A stretch of DNA of 64,000 nucleotides, taken from IMG/VR virus record IMGVR_UViG_3300030103_004875; one strand, given 5' to 3'. The stretch comes from a virus. Under the pieces are notes generated by a model. The model made no database searches and had not been told where the DNA came from. It was given only the letters and a program-made list of their open reading frames with translations. The position numbers and the translations under genes are program-made. Position 1 is the first letter of the stretch. Each line of letters opens with the position of its first letter. This document shows positions 1-9,244 of the stretch, in pieces.

Positions 1-2
1 AC

Positions 3-212
3 AGAGAACCGGCATTTAATCATCCCGGATGGGCATTAGCAGGCGAAACAACAGGATCTTCCGGGGACATAGATACTTACGGCTTGTCTTTTAGTTCGGT
101 TGTTATAAGAGATTTTGTAGAATTGTGTGCTCCAGTTACCGGACAGACATCACCAAATGACGGAATAACGTCCTGCATATCAGGTGCAGATGATCATGAA
201 AGTTGTCCATAA
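3..212 (+). CDS. 3' end of an upstream gene (probable baseplate wedge protein), partial
   Basis: Frame 3 is open from the window start (REPAFNHPGW...DHESCP) to TAA at 210-212, directly before gp8. Confidence 0.55.
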   Translation, partial: REPAFNHPGWALAGETTGSSGDIDTYGLSFSSVVIRDFVELCAPVTGQTSPNDGITSCISGADDHESCP

Positions 213-226
213 TAGAGGAAAGTTAA

Positions 227-1606
227 ATGAGTTCAATTAATACAGATAATTTAGAAGACTTCTATACAAGATTATCTAAAGGACAAGATAAGTATGCGTT
301 TTATCTGGGTGGAGTTTCTGAGGGAAGTAATTATGACACCGCTGCCGGTGATCGAAACGTCTGGGAGGACGTATCTTTATTATACCATGTAAGAAAAAAT
401 GATGCAAAACCAGTAGTTCGCAGAATAAATTATGAAATAAAGAAAACATATAATCCGTGGAGAGCAACGGGTAATTCATCTGCTGATAATTATTATGTTC
501 TTAATCAAACAAACGGAACAGTATACCTCTGTGTATCATCAAATGCACTTAATCGAATAGATCAGTTTGGTGATAATAATTCAACATACACTCCATCATT
601 TGAAGATGCCGTTGAAAAAACATACCCGGACGGTTATCGGTGGAGAAGACTGTATAAACTAGATACCAATTCTAGAAGGTTCCTGACTGATAATCTGATG
701 CCGGTTAATGATGCAATAAAGGACTTTGAAGAATTTCCAACCGTTGTAGGACTCCAATCTCTTATTACATATGTTTGCAGTAATGGAGGAGATGAAGTGG
801 GTTCGTGCGGATTATATCCCCGAACTAAACAATATGTTCCGGAAGATGATACTTATATCACTGCGGGATTTTTGTGGGAAAAAATTACGGATGTTTCGTG
901 TTATCGATGTTATGATCTGGCACAACGACTTGATATGGAACATCGTTTTGTGGCAGGAGCCGGCTCATTGATAGAGGTCCCTTCTAGTATATCACTCGAA
1001 ACCAATCTAGAAAAGATAAACTCATTACAATTAAATCCAAATTCTAATGAAAAGGTTCAGGCAGAGTTAGTTACTTCTTCATCTGCAAAGGATGGGGAAA
1101 TCCTTTCGATGTTCATCAACCTAGCAAATTTATCTTACAGTGATAGACAAATTTCCGTAGAAAATCCAGAGATTGTGATAACAAGTGCAACTGGAACTGG
1201 TGCATCCGCTAGACTAATAACCTTTAAAGATAACGCTGGAAATATAGTTGTTGATGGAATAGAACTGATTTCTGGTGGATCCGGTTACTATGAATATGGA
1301 TTAACTATTCCATCGGTGACGGGTGCATCTACATTTATAAATCTAATAGAGACAAATATAGAACCTCTTGATGGTTTTGCAACTAGCACACGAAAATTAT
1401 TGAACGCTACTCAATTGGCTTTCAAGGTTGAATTTGATTCCAATGATATATTGGACGCGGATGTTGAACAAAAGACGTTTACCACATATGGTATTTTAAA
1501 AAATCCACAAACTACGGACGATGTAGTTTTTGGATCAGATCTGAACAAGAACGAAAAGAAAATTGAAAGAAACACAATCAAGATAAACCTCAATCTAGAT
1601 CCATGA
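227..1606 (+). CDS. gp8: Baseplate wedge subunit, gp8-like
   Basis: Motifs VRRINY, YYVLN..VYLCVS, DGYRWRRLY and GILKNP typical of T4-like gp8; GAGG RBS. Confidence 0.8.
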   Translation: MSSINTDNLEDFYTRLSKGQDKYAFYLGGVSEGSNYDTAAGDRNVWEDVSLLYHVRKNDAKPVVRRINYEIKKTYNPWRATGNSSADNYYVLNQTNGTVYLCVSSNALNRIDQFGDNNSTYTPSFEDAVEKTYPDGYRWRRLYKLDTNSRRFLTDNLMPVNDAIKDFEEFPTVVGLQSLITYVCSNGGDEVGSCGLYPRTKQYVPEDDTYITAGFLWEKITDVSCYRCYDLAQRLDMEHRFVAGAGSLIEVPSSISLETNLEKINSLQLNPNSNEKVQAELVTSSSAKDGEILSMFINLANLSYSDRQISVENPEIVITSATGTGASARLITFKDNAGNIVVDGIELISGGSGYYEYGLTIPSVTGASTFINLIETNIEPLDGFATSTRKLLNATQLAFKVEFDSNDILDADVEQKTFTTYGILKNPQTTDDVVFGSDLNKNEKKIERNTIKINLNLDP

Positions 1607-1619
1607 TAAGGAAAATGAC

Positions 1620-1934
1620 ATGAAGAAAATACCTTCCCCCGGACCCATTCCAATATCATCGAAACGCCAAGGTACTGTTGTTTCGGCTAAGCAATCGCCA
1701 ACTGCAAGCAATAGAGGATCGACTCAGGTTATCAGTTTAACTCCTGATAACTATAAAACAGGGGACACACTAACATTGGATGGAGTTGAATACCCCATAA
1801 CCAGTGTACAGAAACCAAGTATCAAAACAAAGTCGGGAAGTCCTCTAGTTCAAAAATCAGCAACCATACAAATGCCAGATAACACAACACAACCCGTGAA
1901 AAGATTTTCTTTTCTAATAGTTAAATCATTTTAG
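1620..1934 (+). CDS. Small virion protein, possibly a detached C-terminal part of gp8
   Basis: AAGGA RBS; 104 aa; lies between gp8 and the DUF4815-like gene. Confidence 0.6.
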   Translation: MKKIPSPGPIPISSKRQGTVVSAKQSPTASNRGSTQVISLTPDNYKTGDTLTLDGVEYPITSVQKPSIKTKSGSPLVQKSATIQMPDNTTQPVKRFSFLIVKSF

Positions 1935-1944
1935 GAGATAATTC

Positions 1945-2706
1945 GTGTCCAGAGCACCATTTAAAAACGATCAAAGCACGCCATTAGAACGAGGACCTTA
2001 TAGCAGTAGGGTAGCGGAACAAGAATTTACTTCTTTAGATGAAAACGCAAGCAAGAATTACGTCCTCCTTGGTTTTCGGGCTGGGTATGCACTACAAGCA
2101 TCAGAATTAAATGAAGTTCAGGAACATTTTCTTCTACAGCAAACATTAACAACAACGATGATTTGTAACTGGGCGCCTGCCATTGCATTGGGCCAGGGCC
2201 CCGGATGGGGATACTCGGATTATGACGGAAATATGCAAGAACAATTTGGAAGATCCGGGTTATGTCCAATTTCTCCTAATTTAATCAATGTCAGTGGTTC
2301 AACAGTCACATTTAAAAGAGGTTGGTATTTAGTACAAATACCAGAATTTACTGGTGTAGAAAATGATTCATATAGATTCAAAGTCTGGATTTATAATAAC
2401 GATGAATTATCCTTCAATGCAAACCAGCCGGAGAATTCGTCAGCAGGTTACGTTGGATTCGCAATCTCACAGGAGTTTGTTACAGAAACTGAGGATGGTG
2501 CTTTATCAGATAACTCAGCGGGATCAGGTGAGAATGTAGTTCCCGGTGCAACTAGATATAAGTTAAGTATAACAGGTTTAACCCAGCGCGGTAGGCAGGT
2601 TTTAGATTCCACGGTTATTGATGAAGACGATTCACCTATGGCAATTAAAATTGAAAACGATAATTACACATATATTAGTGGATATCCGATCCCGGTGGTA
2701 AGTTAA
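1945..2706 (+). CDS. DUF4815-like virion/baseplate protein (short form)
   Basis: GTG start with AGGAG RBS; VLLGFRAGYALQASELNEVQ and DNSAGSGENVVPGATRYKL resemble the DUF4815 N-terminus of marine T4-like phages. Confidence 0.7.
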   Translation: MSRAPFKNDQSTPLERGPYSSRVAEQEFTSLDENASKNYVLLGFRAGYALQASELNEVQEHFLLQQTLTTTMICNWAPAIALGQGPGWGYSDYDGNMQEQFGRSGLCPISPNLINVSGSTVTFKRGWYLVQIPEFTGVENDSYRFKVWIYNNDELSFNANQPENSSAGYVGFAISQEFVTETEDGALSDNSAGSGENVVPGATRYKLSITGLTQRGRQVLDSTVIDEDDSPMAIKIENDNYTYISGYPIPVVS

Positions 2707-2712
2707 TTTAGG

Positions 2713-2719
2713 CTAAATA
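2713..2719 (+). promoter_or_regulatory. Putative late promoter (CTAAATA)
   Basis: Intergenic match to the T4-type late -10 element upstream of the fibre block. Confidence 0.5.
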
Positions 2720-2741
2720 AGGCTAGTACTAAGGAAAACAT

Positions 2742-5060
2742 ATGGGCGCATCAGACGACAATTTATTCTCAATACCAGAACTAACAAATAATCAAACATT
2801 TTTAGACTGGTTCAATAAAACTAATGATGATATTATTGGAAAATTGAACAGTATTAAAGTTTTTAATGGTGTTAGTGGTGATGGTATTGATGTGTCTTTG
2901 GGAACCACTGCTGCTAGTACTGGAACCGCAGGGTTTCTTCTTTTCAATATGGCCGAAAATGTTACGCGAGGAGTAACTTTTAACGATCTAACAATTAGCG
3001 GGTCTTTAAATTATGATTTTAGTGGTAGTCAAATCAAATCATCCACTCAGTTTTCTGGAGTTACCGCCGGATATACTTTCGCCAATGTTATTCGGCCAGA
3101 TTATAGTCTAGGTAACAGTATGGGTATAACTCTCGCAAGAGGGGCAAACTCAACAGAAGCAGAGGCGATAGGAATCGTTTCTACTGTTCTAGGTAACAAG
3201 GTAACTGTGGTTACCAATGGAAAGATTCAAGGAGACTTCGGACCTGCTTTAGGTGCGGATGGTGTTACTCTCCATGCTGGATGTGTGTATTTTGTTGATC
3301 CAACTACCTATGGCGGACTCACAACAAACGAACCAAATCTTACGAGTCAGGTTTCTAAACCAATTCTTGTAGGATTAACTGGCGATACGGGAATCGTATT
3401 AAATTATCGAGGTCAAGAAGTAGGATTCAGTGGAGGAACTGGTGCAGGAATTGGTTCTCTCAAGGTACTCATTGATGTAGGATCTGGTAATGGATCAAAC
3501 TTTCAAACAGGTAGATTTATAGCAAAGAACAGTTCGGTTAGTTCTTTGCCTGTTTCTGATGGGCGTAGTGTATATTCAAATGTATATTATGCAAGTGCTG
3601 CTGATCCTTTCTCTTCGGGAAGTGCCGATACAGGATCTAGAAAAGATCTACTGGGTGTCATTTCATCTATTAATGGGGATATATTAGAGGTAGTTGTCCG
3701 TGGATATTTATCTCCAAGTATAATAAAAACAACTACCGGAGATGCAGTTAGTGGCTCACCACTATATCTGTCAACAGATATCGGTCAAGATTCTTCCGGT
3801 AAGGTATTTGCTGCTGGAACTGAAAGTAATGTTCAAATTGGACATGTCGCAGATACTTCGGGAACAGTATTTATAGATCCTATTGTAATGGAACAAGATG
3901 TATTCTTTGCTAATATTAATAGAAATTCTTTTATTAACGGCGGCGAAGGAGTTTCCTTTGGAGTCAACTCGACTGATGTTGTTATAAATGGATCCCTTGA
4001 TATATGGCAAAGACAAATAGGAACAAATCAGGAGTTTGAAGGAAATAGTGCTAGTAGTTCTACATACTTTGCCGATAGATGGGCATTCTTAAATGGTATA
4101 ACCATTGCAACCCCAATTGGTGGTACTTTCGGAATTCAGAGAAAGGAATTTACCAAAGGACAGGAAGATGTTCTTGGTGAGCCAAAATATTACGCAAGAA
4201 TAACAAATAACTACGGAAAAGTTGCTGCCGATGACTATGCAGCGGAAGACTTCATTCATGTAGAAAATCGTCTCGATACTTCAGAGTATTTTATGGAGCA
4301 ACCTGCCGTAATTAGTGTGTATACTAGATCAGGTTCAGCAGGAAACACTCTTGAAGTATTATATAAGCAGTATTTCGATAATGGAGTTGGCGGACCGACG
4401 GGATCTACAACAACCAGCGTGGGAGTAATAGAACTCGCTACTGGATGGAATCCATCGGCATTATCCTTCACTGTTCCGGGTTTGTCTGGTCAATCTATAA
4501 CCGGAACAGAAGAGTATGCTGCAATTGCATTTAACATCAAGGGCGTTACTGGAACATATGTTGACTTATCACAACTTCAATTCCAATTAGGATCAAAGCC
4601 AACATCTCCAGAAAAGAAAAAGGTTGATGATGTTCTGGATGATTGTAGAAAATTCTATCAGAGAAGTTACGACAAAGAAATATCAACTGGTGCATCAACA
4701 ATGATAGATCCTGTCATTCCGGATTTGACAGTTGTTGATATTCCAGTAGGACACTCTAGGGACTATTATTATAACTTCCCAGTGGAGATGAGAAAAGCAC
4801 CTAATGTTTTAATGTACTCTCCATCGTCGGGTACAACATCAGATGGATTCAACCGACTTGCACAAAGAGACATGAGAAAGACTTCCGGAACTGTTGGACC
4901 AAATGATGTAACAAGGGTATCTCTAGTCAACCAGCCAACGATCCAGTCCGGAAATACATTATCCAATGGAATTAGATTTGAAATTGTAAGTGGTGCAGTT
5001 GTGGGTGATCAGATTTCAGTTCATTATGTTGCCGATGCGGATAATATCAAGAACTTATAG
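2742..5060 (+). CDS. Tail fibre/baseplate-associated protein with a C-terminal carbohydrate-binding-like domain
   Basis: Gly/Thr/Ser-rich; VINGSLDIWQR..YFADRW..CRKFYQRSY pattern common in phage tail proteins. Confidence 0.6.
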   Translation: MGASDDNLFSIPELTNNQTFLDWFNKTNDDIIGKLNSIKVFNGVSGDGIDVSLGTTAASTGTAGFLLFNMAENVTRGVTFNDLTISGSLNYDFSGSQIKSSTQFSGVTAGYTFANVIRPDYSLGNSMGITLARGANSTEAEAIGIVSTVLGNKVTVVTNGKIQGDFGPALGADGVTLHAGCVYFVDPTTYGGLTTNEPNLTSQVSKPILVGLTGDTGIVLNYRGQEVGFSGGTGAGIGSLKVLIDVGSGNGSNFQTGRFIAKNSSVSSLPVSDGRSVYSNVYYASAADPFSSGSADTGSRKDLLGVISSINGDILEVVVRGYLSPSIIKTTTGDAVSGSPLYLSTDIGQDSSGKVFAAGTESNVQIGHVADTSGTVFIDPIVMEQDVFFANINRNSFINGGEGVSFGVNSTDVVINGSLDIWQRQIGTNQEFEGNSASSSTYFADRWAFLNGITIATPIGGTFGIQRKEFTKGQEDVLGEPKYYARITNNYGKVAADDYAAEDFIHVENRLDTSEYFMEQPAVISVYTRSGSAGNTLEVLYKQYFDNGVGGPTGSTTTSVGVIELATGWNPSALSFTVPGLSGQSITGTEEYAAIAFNIKGVTGTYVDLSQLQFQLGSKPTSPEKKKVDDVLDDCRKFYQRSYDKEISTGASTMIDPVIPDLTVVDIPVGHSRDYYYNFPVEMRKAPNVLMYSPSSGTTSDGFNRLAQRDMRKTSGTVGPNDVTRVSLVNQPTIQSGNTLSNGIRFEIVSGAVVGDQISVHYVADADNIKNL

Positions 5061-5069
5061 GAGAAATAG

Positions 5070-6269
5070 ATGCCGTCTTGTAGCTCAAGCTCAAATATAA
5101 CAGGAACTAATTCTGTTATCAACCCAACCGGATCCCAGAATAGGATCACCTTAAATCTATTAGGCGGTTCTGGTGAACAAGGATCCACGCAAAATGGGTA
5201 TACTTTAGATTCCAGTATAAACTTCGCAGGGGCGGTTATCAGATATAATCCCACATTAAAAACGTATTTCACATCAAAAGCAGACACAAATGTTAATGCG
5301 GAAGTGGTGGGTGTCGTTGAATCAAGAGATTCTTCAAATAATGACTTAGTTGTAGTTCTTAGAGGTCTTATAAAGTATCCATCCGGAGCAACTCTGAATA
5401 ATATGACCGACACCATTGGTGGTACAACTGGTGGATCTGGTGGTAATGATATTTACTTCTTGAGTTCAGCAACCGGCGGACAACTTCAGAATCTTGAACC
5501 CATAGAACCCACGGAAATTGTCAAGCCCATGTTACAAGCAGTGGCCACATCTGAAGATTTTAATTTTCAGGTTTTGAACTATATTGGGTATTCGGTTGGT
5601 GGAGACATCATTTCTTCAGATGAGTCAGAGCCACCCTTGGCGACATCGTTATTAGTTCCAGAAGATACTGATGTTCCTAGTGGCTGGGTGGATGCCGGGA
5701 AAGAAAATGAATTAGTGGTTGCAGAAAACCCAGACTACTATTCTTATGTTGGAACTAGTAATGGTTACGTAGAAAGAGTTACGTTGAACACTGCATCATC
5801 AGTCACCAGTTCATTAACAAATAGAAGTGCTAACCAAAAACAAGGAGGTACTGTTACTTCCACTGCTAGAGTTTTAAGAGTAGACACAACAAATAATAAA
5901 GTTGATATTAGAAAATCTCCAGATGAAACCTCAACCGTTGTGGGAAGTACTTTATTCTTAAATAATATTTCATATTCACCTACTGCAAGTGAGGTTTACT
6001 CTGTATTTACTCCAAGAATAACAAGCAATCAATCATTTAATTACTATGAAGATGGTAAATTAGTACAGAAAAACCTTAAAATAATTTATAAAGTTAGAAG
6101 TGTTAGTGCCGTAACAGTCCCACAAAAAGTTTCTATCAAAGAGTTAAGTGTTACTAGTAAATTAACCGCATCAAATTCTACAGTATCATTTTCCGATGTT
6201 GCAGATGAACTTTCAAGTCTGGGTACAAGAATAACATCACTAGAAAATAAAATAATTGGAACTAGTTAA
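5070..6269 (+). CDS. Putative virion structural protein
   Basis: AGGAG RBS; shares AEVVGVV..IYFLS..EP..IVKPML features with the N-terminal half of the preceding protein; short coiled-coil C-terminus. Confidence 0.55.
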   Translation: MPSCSSSSNITGTNSVINPTGSQNRITLNLLGGSGEQGSTQNGYTLDSSINFAGAVIRYNPTLKTYFTSKADTNVNAEVVGVVESRDSSNNDLVVVLRGLIKYPSGATLNNMTDTIGGTTGGSGGNDIYFLSSATGGQLQNLEPIEPTEIVKPMLQAVATSEDFNFQVLNYIGYSVGGDIISSDESEPPLATSLLVPEDTDVPSGWVDAGKENELVVAENPDYYSYVGTSNGYVERVTLNTASSVTSSLTNRSANQKQGGTVTSTARVLRVDTTNNKVDIRKSPDETSTVVGSTLFLNNISYSPTASEVYSVFTPRITSNQSFNYYEDGKLVQKNLKIIYKVRSVSAVTVPQKVSIKELSVTSKLTASNSTVSFSDVADELSSLGTRITSLENKIIGTS

Positions 6270-9244
6270 TGCCTAGTATAGTCGGAAGTAGTAGAATAGC
6301 ATTAGGTGGTTCTACTGCATCAGTGGGAAATACCGGAAATACCGGACCCACGGGTGCAAGTGGACCTATCGGCCCCATTGGTGTCACAGGATCTACTGGA
6401 CCAACTGGATCATCTATATTAGGAACTACTGGAATTGACCGTGACTCTCTTGGATTTTTACGGGTAACATTTGATAATGGTGAGTTTCTTTCTAGTGAAA
6501 ATGTTATAAGAGGACCTTCCGGTGGAAATGAGAATTTAGTAATTAAGGGTGAAAATTTAGGCGCTGGAGTTACTTTATTTGATTCACGAATATCAGAAAA
6601 TGATTTAAAACTAAGAAGTATAAAAAGTGGCACTCCTGATAGTCTCTCGGTTTATACCACGACAGATAAAATTATAATAGAATTTGATCGAGAGAGTAGT
6701 GGATATGCAAATGTATCTGGTCCAACATATGAAAACTCTTTAATTGGAATTAGTTCAGGGAGTGGTGCAGGAACTACTCTGTTTAGTGTTGCGAATACAA
6801 AATATGACAAAGATACAACATCAATATCTTTTACATCCAAGGACTACAAAGAAAAGGCTTTGGATATAACAGAGAGAAAATTTTCTCAAACTATAGAAGA
6901 TATCGCTGGATTTACTTTTGCCATAAATCCAGATGAGGCAAGAGTTTTTTCTGTCGATTTAACAAACAGAACAGAGGAAACAGTTGCTGCCCCCGTTATT
7001 TTTCGACTAGATGCACCCTCATCCAATACAACTTCACAATCATTTACTCTTATTGTAAAGGGTGCTACTGGAACTTCCCCCTCGACAACAAGATTTTACT
7101 CAAATGATGGTTCGGTATTATTTCCTTTCAATAATGTTCCCTGCTTTGGTGGTGTAACGGATCCAGATATATTTAACTTTTTCTGGATGGGAAGTTACTG
7201 GTACGGTAATTTAGTAAAGTGGGGCCCAACCATAGGTGATACTACCATTCAGCCTTTTGATTGCAATGGTTTATCTCTCGCTGACGGAGGGGAAGGTGTG
7301 GATGGGTTCAGAAGATTTCAGCAAGGCATAACCGGAGCATGTTGCACAGGAACAACTTGCGAGATAACTGATGCACTCTCATGTTCTGGATATTTTCATG
7401 GGGTAGGAACAACTTGTGGCCCATTAGGAACCACTTCGGGTGGTATATGTGATCAATTTGGTGCGTGTTGTATAGAAATACAAAATCCCGGAGAACAGGA
7501 TACCATAATATGTACCCAACTACATGGAAATCAATGTGTTACCATAGGAAATTCCACCGATACCACTGGTGTGAAAACAATTTTTCACGGGAATGAAACA
7601 GTATGTAAATACATTGAATGTTCCGATTCTCTAGAGAGACTGGGTGCTTGCTGTAATGGGTTGGGTGAATGCGATCAAAAGACAGATATAGACTGCTTTA
7701 ATTCTGGTGGATTTTTCCAAGGTGTGGGTGTTCCTTGCAATGGTATAATTGATCCTATAGTAGGTCCAATATCTGACATATCAGTATGCTCCACTGGAAC
7801 TGGTTCTTGTTGCTTTGGAACTGTATGTGAAAATGGACATACATTTGATGGGTGTTTATCTTCTGGTGGATTATTTGCTGGTAGTGGCTCAACCTGTGCT
7901 GATACAATATGTCCAGAAAGGACAGATCAAAATCAACCCACCTGCGCCGGTAGGGTGCTGGGAGTGGACCTATATCCCGGTGACCTTTATGCAGGTGGCA
8001 TGGTCGTAGGAACGTACAATCCATATTACGGATATGCTTTAGGTGCCAAAGAAGTCTTCACCAAGGGTCCTTATGGATTTACATCAGATCCATACTATGG
8101 AACCACAACTGGAGTAATGTCAACGGGTGATATTTCATCGGAGTTTTATAGAAATGAATATGATCATCATGGATATGGATTTAAGGGTGTAACAAGTCCA
8201 AACTATATCAACTGTAAAACTCTATCACAAACAGAGTTCCCAGAAGAAAACGAAAGTGCTCCCGATTCCTATATCATGATTTTATCGCTTGATCCAGTAG
8301 GTGTTTCTGGTAATTCATATGAAAGTTATAGCGACAATCCCGGAATTAGCACAGGATTCCCTTGGTCAAATCAAGGAAACGCATGGGGACCCTATCTTGA
8401 TCTCGACGATAGAAAATCAGGCGTTGGTATATTCGGAGAGGAGTATTCTCAAACGGGACTATATTCCGAAGGATATTGGTTTGCGGGCAGTTCTGGAAGC
8501 ACATTCGAAAACAGCATAGAAAATCTTAAAAATAGATCATTCCCACTGTGTAGAGAGGCACGAGCACTAGGTGAAGATTGGTTAAACAGGTTAAGAACTC
8601 GATCTGTGCAATCCATAAATGGCTTCTGGAGACGAAATTGGGGATTGTACAATTCCCTTCACTTAGCACACGCAGACAATATAGAATTTTTAGGTTACAC
8701 ACCAGTCGGTGGTGAGTTCGATCCAACCAGTTTTGGTCCTGCAATTACCGGGGGCGAGTATACTGCAATTCGTGCGACTCGTTTAATGGATGATAGTCTC
8801 ACGGGTGATATGCAAGGAAATTCTGCAAATCAACCACAAATTTCACAATGGTTCTTACCTAGTTACGATGAAATGGGTTATTTAGCAGCACTTTGCGCAA
8901 ATGATGGAGACCTATATTATGGTTTCGATTTAAATACGGCACTTTTATCGCAAAATAAAACTCCGATGACGGGATGGCACTGGACATCAACTGGAGCATT
9001 TGATGTAAGAAATAAAGAGGGAGAGCACTCTGAGAACGGTGTAACTGCCGGTACAGTTGCATGGGCAACATATTTTTCAGAAACAGGTGTTCCATCCACA
9101 TTTAAATCGGCCAGAAAGAATCGTATCGATAATAGATACAAGGTCAGACCTATTCGTTTGGTTCGGTGTGATGGAAATTATGGTGCGACGGGATCTGATG
9201 AGTTCAAAGCATGGAATATACCAGAAATACTAAGAGATAATTAA
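6269..9244 (+). CDS. Collagen-like, Cys-rich fibre protein with a C-terminal DUF1566/Lcl-like domain
   Basis: G-X-Y run near the N-terminus; GACC/GSCC repeats; GDLYAGG, WFLPSYDEM, WHWTST, KVRPIR motifs. Confidence 0.7.
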   Translation: MPSIVGSSRIALGGSTASVGNTGNTGPTGASGPIGPIGVTGSTGPTGSSILGTTGIDRDSLGFLRVTFDNGEFLSSENVIRGPSGGNENLVIKGENLGAGVTLFDSRISENDLKLRSIKSGTPDSLSVYTTTDKIIIEFDRESSGYANVSGPTYENSLIGISSGSGAGTTLFSVANTKYDKDTTSISFTSKDYKEKALDITERKFSQTIEDIAGFTFAINPDEARVFSVDLTNRTEETVAAPVIFRLDAPSSNTTSQSFTLIVKGATGTSPSTTRFYSNDGSVLFPFNNVPCFGGVTDPDIFNFFWMGSYWYGNLVKWGPTIGDTTIQPFDCNGLSLADGGEGVDGFRRFQQGITGACCTGTTCEITDALSCSGYFHGVGTTCGPLGTTSGGICDQFGACCIEIQNPGEQDTIICTQLHGNQCVTIGNSTDTTGVKTIFHGNETVCKYIECSDSLERLGACCNGLGECDQKTDIDCFNSGGFFQGVGVPCNGIIDPIVGPISDISVCSTGTGSCCFGTVCENGHTFDGCLSSGGLFAGSGSTCADTICPERTDQNQPTCAGRVLGVDLYPGDLYAGGMVVGTYNPYYGYALGAKEVFTKGPYGFTSDPYYGTTTGVMSTGDISSEFYRNEYDHHGYGFKGVTSPNYINCKTLSQTEFPEENESAPDSYIMILSLDPVGVSGNSYESYSDNPGISTGFPWSNQGNAWGPYLDLDDRKSGVGIFGEEYSQTGLYSEGYWFAGSSGSTFENSIENLKNRSFPLCREARALGEDWLNRLRTRSVQSINGFWRRNWGLYNSLHLAHADNIEFLGYTPVGGEFDPTSFGPAITGGEYTAIRATRLMDDSLTGDMQGNSANQPQISQWFLPSYDEMGYLAALCANDGDLYYGFDLNTALLSQNKTPMTGWHWTSTGAFDVRNKEGEHSENGVTAGTVAWATYFSETGVPSTFKSARKNRIDNRYKVRPIRLVRCDGNYGATGSDEFKAWNIPEILRDN

